64,000 nt of DNA, from positions 928,255 through 992,254 of the forward strand of contig JAAOMT010000703.1 in assembly GCA_016748015.1 (NCBI GenBank). The letters are read 5' to 3'. The number at the start of each line of letters is the position of its first letter. The first letter of the stretch is position 1. The DNA comes from Geosiphon pyriformis uo1 (lineage: Eukaryota > Fungi > Glomeromycota). The position numbers and the translations under genes are program-made. Below, piece by piece: positions 23,279-35,199 of the stretch. The notes under the pieces were generated by a model. It saw only the letters and a program-made list of their open reading frames with translations. It was not told where the DNA came from and searched no databases.

Positions 23279-25187
23279 GTGGACCTGAAAGCTGCTCCCG
23301 GCGGTGGTATGTTGGATAAGAAAGCTTCTGTTGGTGCTTTTTCTAGTTCTACTGGTGGTCCTTCCTCTCAAAAGAAAAGGGTTTCCCTTCACCATATGAA
23401 TCAGTCTGGTGATAAAAAAAAAGCTGCTTTGGCCAAACCTTGTTCTAAAGAAAGTCAATACTCAGATATGGAAAGTGATTCTGGTGACAGTGTTGCTAGT
23501 GACATATTGGCTGGTGGTGGCAGTAGTTCTCTCCTTGGCTTGGCTGCAACAACTCCTAAGGCAAAGAAGGTTAAGAATAATTTGAACTGTGGTTCCCCTC
23601 TTGGTTTCTTGGATTATAACATGGATGATGATAATGGTGGTCCCCTTCCTCCTCCTCTTGGTATCTCTCTGGACAAAATTTGGTTAGACCCTAAAATTAT
23701 TAAGACTCAAGTTGAAGTAACAGTTAAGAAATCATTTGCTTTGAATATTAATATATCAAATGTGGAAGGCAAATTGGTGATGGCGAAGACTCAGCTCATA
23801 AGAAAAATTTTCTCAAAAATCAATGGTTTTGGGGGGGGCCACTACCTCCTCAAAATTTGAAGGAATCATCAGATCTACATTCACATTAGAAGAAAGCATG
23901 AAAAAAGCTGCATTATTGGTTGAAGAAAATAGGATCATCATAAACACCGATCTTAAGAGACAAGGAGTGCATTCAGATCGGGCTGTGGTAATAAAAGAGA
24001 TTCTCATGGACATGCCAAAAGAAATGATTATTGCCGCAATATTCAAGTATGGTCAGATTGTGTCTATCAAAGTTCAGTTAATTGGGCTGTAACAGAAGGC
24101 TGTAGTGGAGTTCACCGAATCTAGCCAGGCTGATCTGTTAGCATCAAAGTGGTCATTCTTAATTGAGAAGAATTCTGTGCGTGTGGCCAAGACTGTGAGA
24201 GATTGTGGGACATGGGCTTTTAGAAATCAATTCAGAGTGCTTCTGTTCACATTGCCAGTAAGAATGACAGTTTATGATCTTGGAACTCTTTTGGAAAAGG
24301 CCAGTGGGAAAACTTGTATCATCAATTGTTCATTGGAGACTGGCAATAGAACTCACTATGCTGTAGTCTGTTTTGAATCTGATGAAGCTATGGAGTCAGC
24401 TTTTTGCACAGAGCCAATCTTTGGTAGTGTGAAACTCTCATGGGCTAGGTTGGATTTAGTTTGCTGTGAACAGTGTGGGAAATTTGGTCATTCTGCCTTA
24501 GAATGTGATGCTGAGGTTGCGTTAGCTTTTCAGTCATCCAAGTCATTTAAAAAGCCTGCTAACTTGGATACTCATCTCCAGCTGGCCAAATTATATGCTA
24601 AAAAGAAGGTTCCAATCTTTCGTCCTGTTGCTTTTGGAGGCAAATTCTGGATCCAAGTGGTCTCAGTTGCTTCAGTCTCTCATGGTTCTCATGATGGCTC
24701 TGGTTCTGGTTCTCTGTCCTTTGATGCTTCAAGTCCTGGTGGTACCCCTCCCCCTTTTTCTATGGTCGATTCCCTTTTGGGTACACATTTGGCACATTTG
24801 GAACACTCTGTAGAGCTTTTATCTGATCAAATTTTGAACATTCTTCTTTGTCTTAACAATCTCAGTTTGGTGCTTTCAGCTCCTCCTTCTAGTGTGATTC
24901 TTTCTGTGGGTACTTCTCACCCATCCATCTCTGATTCTCTTATGGTTGATGACTCTGACTTGGGTTTCAACATGGTGTTAGATGTTCCTTTGATTCAGCC
25001 TATTTCTTTCTCTTCTGGCAATGACAATTCTCAATTGGGTCTGAGCAGTTCCAAGGTGCTAACTTCTAAAATTGGCATTTTAGAGTCAAAGTTGGCTGCT
25101 CTCGATGCCTCCATTGGCTTGATTTTGGCGAAGTTAGAGCAGATGTGTACTGGTTTGGGTCCTCTAGTCCTCTCTTTGTCTTAATGA
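23279..25187 (+). pseudogene. LINE B ORF1 (RRM-like domains, CCHC knuckle, C-terminal coiled coil)
   Basis: CEQCGKFGHSALEC knuckle; frameshift in a G-run near 23830; premature stops; colinear with ORF1 of copies A and C. Confidence 0.88.
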
Positions 25188-28100
25188 CCAGTTATATTTG
25201 GAAAATTGCCACATGTAATATTAGGGGAATGAACAATCCTGCAAAACAGAAGGATGTTATTTGTTGGCATAAAGAAATGAACAATATGATTTCAATTGTT
25301 ACTGAGACTAAGTTGAAAAATGGGATTTGCCCTTGGATCATGAACAAGTTTGTTGGCATTCGGGTTTTTACTTCTGGTTTGAATTTTGGTCACATGGGTT
25401 TTGGGGTTGCAATCATTATGAACAATTTCTTGGCTCGGCATGTGTGTAAGGTTTCGGACATTCCTGGCCAGTTTCTTTCTATCAAACTTCTTTTCAAAAA
25501 TAAACTGTCTGTGTTAGTTTTGGGGCTGTATGCTGAATCATCTTTGGCAGTATGTTTCTCTTAAGCAAATGATATCAATTCTTTGATTGCGAAGGCAGTA
25601 AATGAGTCTTCCTTTATTATCTTGGGTGAGGATTTCAATAAAGATGGTTCTCACAAAAGTGCCAGCTTCAGAAAATGTTTTGATTTGGGTTTGGTCAACT
25701 CCTTGAGTGGAAGCTTGTTTGGAAAGGAAGCTACATGGGCCAATTCTCATGGAGTGGCTAAAATTATTGATTATGTGTTTGTGTTATCGAGTCTAGTTAA
25801 TGCAATTCTGGATTGTGATGTGTCTGGTGTTAAAGAATATTTTGATACTAATCATAAAGCTGTTTCTGTTTCTATGGGTCTTGGTGGTTTGCTGGATGCG
25901 CAGTTGAACACATTGCACAAACAAGTGAATAAGAATCATTGGAAGTACAATTTTGTGGATGCTGGTGATGCTGAATAGATCAAGTTTAAAGAGGATATGT
26001 TGGCAAATGCTGCCATGTTTCATGATGAATTTTATGCTGCCAAGATGAGTCTGGACCTGGACACAATGTGGGGTCACCTTCGCCAAGTGGTGTGTTTGTC
26101 GGCTAAGAATGTTTTCAAAAAAAAGTGGTTTAAAGGTTTCAATAGTGTCTATAATAAAGTATTATCCAGATTTCACAAATTAGAACTTTTGGTGTCAAAG
26201 ATTGTCAAACCCTCTCATCTGGTCTCTCATGGGGAGTTTGCTTCTCTACTTGATACATGGAAAGGGATTGATCCTGCTAATGCTTCTGTTGTGGATTCTC
26301 TCTTTCTTTCGGGTTCCCATTTTGATACTATTCATTCAGCTTTGGCCAAGATCAGGAAATCCTACTGTTCATCTAAGTTGTCAGAATCAAACCATGCCAA
26401 AGAATCTCAGATCAAGTCGGCGATTGACAAAAGAATAGAGAGTTTTGAGTTGAACAAAGGTCATACTGTACATAGTGTTTTGGAGTGACCCTTCCGCAAG
26501 ATGGTTTTGGACCATTTGGTGGTAGGAGATGAGCTGGTGTTAGATCCTGCTCCAGTAAAGTCCAAGGTGGATGAGATTATAGAAGGTTGGACTAGAAAGC
26601 GAAGGGTGGTGCTCGATGTTAATGATGAGTGGTTTTGCCAGTATTGTTCTCTAGGTTATGTTTTCAACAAAGCTTTTTCTGGTGTGATGGGTTTGATTGA
26701 CTTTGATAAACTGTTTGGGGTTGTTTCCAACCTGCTGGATGGCAAAGCTGCTGGCCTTTTAGGTATTTCAAATAAGCTTTGAAAACATTGCGATATTTTG
26801 GTCCTTAATATACTCTTGGTGCTTTTGAACTCTTGTTTATCTGAGGAATCTGTCCCTGGCCCCTGGAGGGAAGCTTGGGTTTCAATAATTTCCAAACCAT
26901 ATGAATGGGAGGGTGTTCTTACAAATACTCATCCTATTGCACTAATTGAGACGGCTCACAAGATTCTCTCTAAAATACTCTCAGACAGGATTTCTTTAGC
27001 ATACAGCACTTATAATGTCCTTTGTGGTGACAATTTTTTGGTTTTGAAAGGTATGACGACACAGTCTCCCATTTTTGCAGTTGGTTCGGTTGTTGAGGAT
27101 GCTCTGGAAAAGAACTGAGAACTTTAGCTGGTCTTGTAGGATATGAGGAAAGTGTATGATTTGGTTGGCTGGGAGCATTTGGAAAAGTGCCTGGTCAGAA
27201 TTAAAATATGCAACAGGTTCATTCAGTTTTTTGGCAGCATTCACAAAAGTCGCACTAATCAAGTCATGACAAATTTTGGTTTGACAGATGGTTATTGGGT
27301 CTATGATAGTTTAGATCAAGGAGAGGTCTTTTCTCCCCTTCTGTGGTGCATTTTTTATGATCTCCTTTTGTGCGAAGTCAAGTGTCAGAAGAGTATGTGT
27401 GAGTACAGGCTAATTTCTCATTTTGTTTCCAAGAGTGGTCATGTTGAGTCACAGGCTGAGCTTTCTTTCTGTTTTGCTGCTGGCACCTTTGTTGATGATA
27501 TGATTTGGATTGGCAGTAGTCAGAGTGCTACTCAACACATTTTGGATGTTGCTAGCGAGTTTTTCCAGATTAATGACATTTCAATAAACAATGACAAGAC
27601 TGTAGCTATTCCTATCAATTGTAGGGTTGGTAATCTCGCTCTTTTCATTAGTGGTTCACCTATCTCTGTTGCCAAAAAAGGTGAATCCCATTGGTATCTG
27701 GGCATATTTCTGTCGACTGAGGGTTTTTCCAGACCTAGTTTAGCTAAAGTGCATTTGGACGTTCGTTTCTTTACAAATTTGGTTCTAAAAAAAGCTATCT
27801 TAGATAAGCAGTTCTTATATTTGGTTTCAGTGATTCTCCAGCCTATTATTAGCTACAGGACACAATTTAGCTTTGTTCTTATCAGCATTTGCAACAAGTG
27901 AGATGCTATGATTTGTAAAGATTTGAAGCTCAAATCTGGACTTCCACTTAACTTTCCTAGTGATTCGATTCACCACTCCTCCTTTTATGGTTTGAAATCT
28001 TTTCTGCAGATTCAGTCTGAAGGCAAGGTTGCTTCTCTTATTAATTTTGCCAACTCTGATAGGATTGTGGGACGTTTGTTCTCTTATAGATCTCATGATC

Positions 28101-29872
28101 TGCAGGTTTTGTGTTGGCACCCTATTCATTCGTTGAGTTCTCCTGTTCGCATTCGTGTTAGCGCCTCTAATAATTTTCTGGCGGGTGTGGTTCACGTGCT
28201 TTATAATTGCAAATTGTCTCTGGGTGGATCCTTTGCCAATTCCTTTCGTGTCAATAGTGGGATGCCCATGTCAACTGTTTTGGGTGAATTAGTTTTCTCC
28301 AGGTGTTTCCTCTCACTTCAGCGGTATGGTGTGGTCTTTATAGACCAAATTTGTGATTGTTATGGTACAGTTTTTGATTGGTCCACATTTAAGCAATGGA
28401 AGAAACTGGACCCCTGTGGCCTTATTCCTGAGTGGTTCAGGCTTTCTGCTGTGTTTCTTGCTGGTAAAGACTTCTCTCCTGCTTGCATCCCAGTTCTTGC
28501 TAATACGAGTCCTTTAGACATTCTGGGTTCTTTTGGCTTTGTGTCTATCTGTGATTGTCTTTCACAGGTTAATGCAAGGGTGTTGTCTGTCTATACTGAT
28601 GGGTCATTGAGAAATTTGGGTACAGTTGGCTGTAAAGTGAGTGCTGCGGCTTTTTTTGAGGACATTGGTATGAGTTTGGGTGTTGGTGTGTCTGGCTTGA
28701 TGTCATCTACCATGGCTGAGTTACAGGCAATTGCATTGGCTTTCGAGTGTGTTCCTGTTTTTAGTAATGTCCATTTGTTTTTGGATAATCAGTCTGCTTT
28801 GGATGCTTGCAAATCGGAATTGGGTATGATGGTTCCTGATTTCCAGAATTGATGTTGGATTGAGCGTTAGCACATTACCAATGTCATTTCCAATAAGGTC
28901 CTAAATGTTGCTTGGCACAAAGTCAAAAGTTATTCTGGGGTTTTGGAAAATAAGCATGTTGATGCAATTGCCAGTGCTGATTCTGTTTCTGACTGGTTTC
29001 TTCCTTCTTGCCTAGATGAACACTTTTTGATGGCTGATGGCAACATTGTCTCTGGCAATTCATGGCACTTTGTCCGTGACACTTTTCATGCCATGTGTCG
29101 TGCACATTGGGAAGTGGGGTCTGGTTCTAAGTTTTTGCCTGACAATTTGTGGGCTGATGTTAATTGGTCTCGCTCTTCTTTAGTGTGGCATCCTGATTTG
29201 CATATGGCCACCAGTTTCACTAGCAGGATTTTGGCTAATGCGTGCTCTTATTTTATGAAGGCTTTGCATCATCGGTTGCCTGTGGCTGTTCAAAAATGGC
29301 TTTATAATAGACTTTATCCCAGTGTGTTGTGTCTATATTGTGGTGATATGGAGGTGTCGGATCATGTTTTTTCTTGTGAAATCGATAATTCTGCTCAGTG
29401 TCAGTTGTTGGATTCTCACATGAACATTTGGAAAACACTTTCTGGTTCTTCTGTCTCTTCTTCATGTTTGTTGCAGTTGTTGTTGTCTTGTGTTTTAGGT
29501 TCCTCAGTGTCCATGGCTCTTCATAAGAGTTTTGTTTTTGATAATTGGTTTTGTGAAGCTGTCTCTATCTTCCATAGTCCCAAGGTGGCATGTTTGAAGG
29601 TCATTGATTTTGCACATTCTCTTGGTCTCACTTTTAGAGATGAGATATGATTGGTTCGTGCCAAACATTGTGCCTATATAGAAAAGCATGGACTGATTCC
29701 TTTAGATGGCTCGTCTCCTACTTTGGTCTTTGGTTTGACTTTGCGTCTTTTCACTGGTGTGATTGATTTGCTTGGTATTGATGAAGCTTTTGGTGTGCAT
29801 TTTGGTTTTTGCAAGTTTTGTATGTTTTTCTCCGGCATTGGTAATTTAGTTTCTGTCTATATAGCTGCATAA
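25184..29872 (+). pseudogene. LINE B ORF2: APE endonuclease, RT, RNase H, C-terminal zinc finger
   Basis: KIATCNIRGMN, ETKL, GEDFN, IDYVF, TNH (APE); QGEVFSPLLW, FVDD, YLGI (RT); VYTDGSL, AELQAI (RNase H); CLYCGDMEVSDHVFSC. Multiple in-frame stops. Confidence 0.93.
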
Positions 29873-32039
29873 TGTTGTTCTGACTGGTCTGAATGGCTAG
29901 TCACATGTAGAAAATGCATGATTTATCCCTAGTTTAGATTATTTCTTTGATGTATAGTGCTAAGTTGTGTATAGACCTCACTCATTAAATTAATAAAAAA
30001 AAATAAAGCTATTTGTCAAATTTATTAAAAAAATAAGTTTAAAATTAATGTAATTATTAATATAATTACAAAAATTAATTGGTTTTATACTATAATAATT
30101 TAATAATTTAATATTTATATAATATTTAGATTTATAAATAAGACTTTAATTAATTTATATATTTATATTATAAAAACAATATATAAAAAATTATTTATTG
30201 CTATTAAAAAATATTTTTATAATAGATTATATTTAAAGATTTTGTGTATTTTTTATGAAAAAATTAAGTTTTTAAATCATATATTTATATATAATTTTGA
30301 TAATAATAATTAAGTTTTACTTTTAAGTTCTTATATTAAATATTAAAAATCTTTAATTGCTAATTTTTTTTGTTTTTAGTATTGTATATTTTATTTTTTT
30401 GTTTATTAAATGTTATTATGTATTCTATTTTGGTTAAAAAATTTATTTTAAAAAACTAATATTATAAAGCTTTAAATGTTTTTAATAATACTAAATTTAT
30501 TATTTTAAAATTAATTGATTTTGTGTAAAACTTAATAATTATACATAAAAATTATATATAATTTCTTAAGACCAAGTATAAAACTGATTTAAAAAAACAT
30601 GATTTGGTAGTATAAAATAGCTTATTATTAAGTTTTAATTATAATTAACCAAATAGTTATTTAAAATTAATAAAACTTATAATATTATATTATATTAAAT
30701 AGATTTTATTTATTAATAAATAAATAAAAATAAAATTTTAATTTTAATTAATATATATTTAATTATATTAAAATAATTATTAAAGTTTTTTATAAAATTT
30801 TTATTTAATATTTATTATTAAATAATTTTGTTTAAAATTATGTTATTTAAATTATATTATACTTAAAATAAATATTTTAATATAATATTTTTACAACTTT
30901 GTAATAAATATATTTAAAAACTATTATATAATTATATTTTTAAATTTTTTTGTTAATTTGTTTATTTATTTGTATTAATAGCAAAATTTATAAAAAACAA
31001 ATTTATTAAATTACTTAAATAATATTATGTATAAATTTTAATTAATAAACAAAAGTACCAAAAATTTACAAAATATGTTTTTATATTTATAAAAAATAAT
31101 TTTATTTTATTTTTTAATTAATATTTGTTTATTAATTAATTTATTATTTTAAATAATATATATTTAAAAAGTTTATTTTAAAATTTATAATACATAAATA
31201 TTTAGTTTTTTTAATATTATTTATTATATATTAAACAATTTTTATATTTTTATGTAATTTAAAAAATACAAATATATAAAAAAATATAAATTATATTATT
31301 TTAATTAAATTAAAAAATATATGTTATTTATTTTTTCGATTTTTATAATATAAAATAAAATTTAAAATTATTAAAAATACAAGTAACAGTTCTGTTTATT
31401 TCAAATTGTATACATATAATTATCTTTATTAATAATATGTTTTTATTTAGCTTTTAATAAAACATTTAAAATTAATAATAAAATTATAAAATATTTTAAC
31501 TTATATAGATTATTTTGAATAATTTTGTTCTATTTCTAATAAGTAAATTGTAAATATAGACATAGAGTTACAAAAACAATAATTGAAAATAATACTCTAA
31601 AAATACAATATAAATAATAAATTTAATAAAAACATAATTTTGTTGTTGTAATAATATTTATAGTATTTTATGTATATTATTTTATTAAACTATTTATTTT
31701 TGTCTTATTAAAAACATTTTGATAATATTGCCAAAAAATTTTAATAATATTTATATTAGTAATCTTTTATTAAAACAACAAAAATAATAGTAAAATTATT
31801 AAAAAGATGCAAATATAAAAGATAAGGATAATATTTTTAACTGTTTTTTAATATTTAAAAAATCAATATATAAATATAAACATTATACTTTGTCTTTTTT
31901 TATTGATTTTTTTTCTGTAATACATTTTATTCTTAATCAAATATAAATTTTTTTTTAAATATCTAAGTTTTTTTTTGATTTATTTCTAAATTTTTACTTT
32001 TTGAATGAAATTTATTTTAACGATTGTGATTATGAGGGC

Positions 32040-32760
32040 ACATAATTTCAACGATAATTTTTCCAGGAACATTCGGAAATATGTCATACAGCACGTCCAC
32101 TTTTGCTGTCCTTATGCAGAATACGGATGTACTTGGACGGGACGGCGAGCTAGTTTATCACAAATACATAATCCATCATGTGTTTACGAATCTCTTTAAA
32201 ATTTACCGGCGATGCACTGATACTTTAGAACATGAAAATCTTCAGCTTCGAAGCAAAGTTCAAGAACTTCAGGGCACTACAAAATCAATCTCAACATTAT
32301 CCAACTGGTTAGTTGTTATGTTTCCGTCTTATTTCCCAGACTCGAAAGCTCCTGTGAACATAGACGGGAAACCTTCCACCATCCCTCAAGATATTTTGCT
32401 CTCTGAAAATGAGCAGATTAAAAATGATTTAGGAAATTTAAACATTAAGCTCGCTGATTTAGAACTGACTGAGAGCTTATAAATGCAAGAAGAGATGCAA
32501 AGCCTAAAAGCTTTATGTCATGGAATGAGAATGCAAATACATTATTCGCTTGTAGAAGGACGAGGTGGCGAGCCTTCGATTAATTCTTTACCGCTAAATG
32601 ATGTTTGAAATACATCTGGTTCTTTGGGATCACCAGGCCTCAATAACCTCCAGTTACATCCGTCCATTCGGCGAGCGGAAATACTTTGTCCGGAAATTCT
32701 GGAGGTGGGTCCCAAGCTTCCACTTTTAAAACTAAACCTCCAGCAAACATTCCAGATATA
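32040..32760 (+). pseudogene. Fragment of a TRAF-type zinc-finger/coiled-coil protein gene; frameshift and stops
   Basis: CPYAEYGCTWTGRRASLSQIHNPSCVYE resembles a TRAF-type zinc finger; frameshift near 32195; coiled-coil segments LEHENLQLRSKVQEL and ESL*MQEEMQSLKALCHGMRMQIHY; CpG-rich like host genes. Confidence 0.55.
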
Positions 32761-33290
32761 GAAATTGACCGCTCGAATACAAATCTCAATGTTGCTGTCG
32801 GGTATGCTAATTGAAGAGTTGGGTCCAACTTGCCAGGTAAAATTTTAATCCAACCAAAATTCCAGATATATTGTGAACTCGATTCAAATTGGAATTCTTT
32901 TTCTAGATATTGCAGTTCGACAAGATACAAAGTTATAAATTTTATAGCAGGCTTTAAAAAAACCATGAGTGAATTGTTGAATCCCCATCTTTTCGATTTT
33001 TGTTATCTCAAAAGAAATGTACAATTCATCCGCATTAAAAGTCTTAAATAAATTTCTCCAAATTGAATATAAATCATTAATATAGCTACATTAATGTCAT
33101 ACTCGATGTCAATTTTAATAATTTCCAACTTTCAATCTTCATCTTAATTTTAAGTAATTCCGATGTGTTTGATATTCAGGTCGTATAAAATATGGTAAGT
33201 TTATATGCTTGAATAAGATATAACACCTTGATTGGATGGAACAGCTTGTCTATGTAAAGATATAGATATGAATCTCTCTCGGTCAAGTTT

Positions 33291-34676
33291 CTAGATCAAA
33301 GACACCTTGGTTCGTGCCAGCCCTCCTCGGAAATTCTTTATAGGTTGAGGTGTCCGCTGCAATCTTCGAAATCCTTCATGAATATGTGAAGGTTGTAAAG
33401 GTGTTTGAACTGATGGAGGGGGTGCAAAAAGATAGAAATCTGGTCGGTCTTCATCATCCCGATCAACTAAAATGCGTGGTCGTTTGAGGGATTTATGATA
33501 GATTTTATTTTCATTTTCTAAATCCTGTTTTACTCGGAGGGCTATTTCGGTCAAAGTACTGACCATCTCAAAGGTCAAAAATCCAAGGATATCGATTATA
33601 TCGTCATTTGGTTTCATGTCAATATAAGCAGCCATGTTTGCCCATTCTCGGAAACGTTTTGCTTTTCGATACGTAAATGACGCTTGGCGGCATTCCGAGT
33701 AGTGCACGTACTCCTCGCGTGTCATTGCGCGTGTTATTTCATCAGCGTCCTAATTTATAGATATATTAGTTCAGTGTTTAATTACACTCATGGAAAAGCC
33801 TAAATCTGCCTTACTTTTAAACGCTGTATAGAATCAAGGTATGCTTCGAGTTCTTCGTCATCTTCTTGGTCTGAATCGGCGTTCAAAAATTCTGAGAAAG
33901 AATTCATCAGCTCCCAAGACAATTTGACTTTCATTTTACGTGCTTTGGCTAATTTATCTCGGCAGTAAGGTCATAAAATTAAACTCAAATTCTTAAAATG
34001 TCATTCGAAAAACTTTTGTTAGAAAATCTATAAGCAATCAACCTGCATTGGGCTCTTCAAGGATTTCTTCCGCAGCATCCTGTCCACCACTATCCTTCGA
34101 GGCCACGTTCTTCCTGACATCTTTCCAGCTAAGATAAGTGCGTAACCGATTTACTTTTGCCCGATCATGTCTAATTAAAAATATCAAATCTTCTGAACTC
34201 ATATATCTTGAGCCACGCTTGGAAGCTTGAGCTGCGGCCTGTATGATCTTAGATTGTATAAAAAATGTGAGCTAACATCATATTTAGGAGAAATTACAAG
34301 TTGGTGCAAAAGAAATTAATTTCTCACAATTTCGATAACTTGAGACCTTACAATATCTTCAACGAGCATGATCGTCTCAGGGTTGGGTTCTGAAACTTCA
34401 CCAAAGACAAACATCATTTGTTGAATTTCGGATGAATATCGATACTTTGACTTTTCTTTTTCCTAGACCAACTTCAGTAATTAATAAGTTGTCGAGGTAT
34501 AATAAACATCTTTTAAGCAGCGGGTACCCATTAGAGATGACCAAAACCGAGGAGTTGCTCCGAAATTTGCAAGAACTTACTGCTGGAGGGGCCTTTGCTT
34601 TTTCGGGTGGGGTTTTGTGCCCACCATTGAGAGCAGGCGTTGAAGTGGGGATGGAGTTAATGCTATTATTACTCAT
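33291..34676 (-). CDS. SPT3: SAGA complex subunit Spt3 (TFIID-18kDa histone-fold family), 5 exons, ~345 aa
   Basis: Exons 34676-34581, 34462-34328, 34247-34043, 33957 (or 33948)-33815 and 33749-33291 splice in frame with GT-AG introns. Signature motifs [77 protein letters not shown]. Confidence 0.96.
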
Positions 34677-35199
34677 GTAGTGATTTCAGAAGGAAACTTT
34701 CTGTTTCTTGAAATGATCATCAATATGCAAAATAGTCGATTACTAGCCATGAAAGCTTTGAATAGAAAAATAAACTTTAAAATTTATTTTTACTTTTAAA
34801 TACAAAAGAGCAATTTTTATTTTTCTATAGTTCTCACAGTATAACCACTTAAAAAGTTTTTTTTAACAATAAAGACAGCTAAACAGTGCTTTGCTAAAGC
34901 ATTTTTCTTGAATAATATGGATACAAAGCTAAAAAAGCATCTTTTTTGGCTTTAAATAAAAGTTTTTCTTTAATTAAACTTTTTAAGCAATTTACTAAGG
35001 CCAGTTTTAGTGTTATTGTAATTATTATAAAAAGTTTTAAGACCTTTAACCATAAACCAATAGCAAAGCTGCTGTTTTTAAATAATAAAAAGACTAAACA
35101 ACAAAAAAACAATTTTTTGTCTTTTAAGACTATTATTACTAATTCTTTTAAATAATGTTTTTTTTTGTATTTATTAAAACACTTTTTAATTTAAAACTA

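Larger units (their letters stand above)
23146..30002 (+). mobile_element. LINE copy B, full length with 11-bp TSD; APE-RT-RNase H-CCHC type
   Basis: TSD ATAAAGCTATT at 23135-23145 and 30003-30013; 5' ACTTCTTTCT at 23158; ORF1, ORF2, 3' UTR and poly(A). Confidence 0.96.

Noticed and set aside
29873-29930. Hammerhead ribozyme in the LINE 3' UTR (CTGA...GAAA words)
   Set aside because: The CUGAUGA core and three-stem topology are absent; GAAA sits in a hairpin loop and CTGA is part of a stem.
30014-32000. Organellar insertion (NUMT) or AT-rich endosymbiont DNA as the source of AT deserts
   Set aside because: No recognisable rRNA, tRNA or protein genes; comparable deserts in this window align to TEs. 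This tract itself remains unassigned.
34432-34680. Plus-strand 82-aa ORF, and minus-strand ORF 34398-34676 as a standalone gene
   Set aside because: The first is antisense to SPT3 exons 1-2; the second is SPT3 exon 1 read through its intron.
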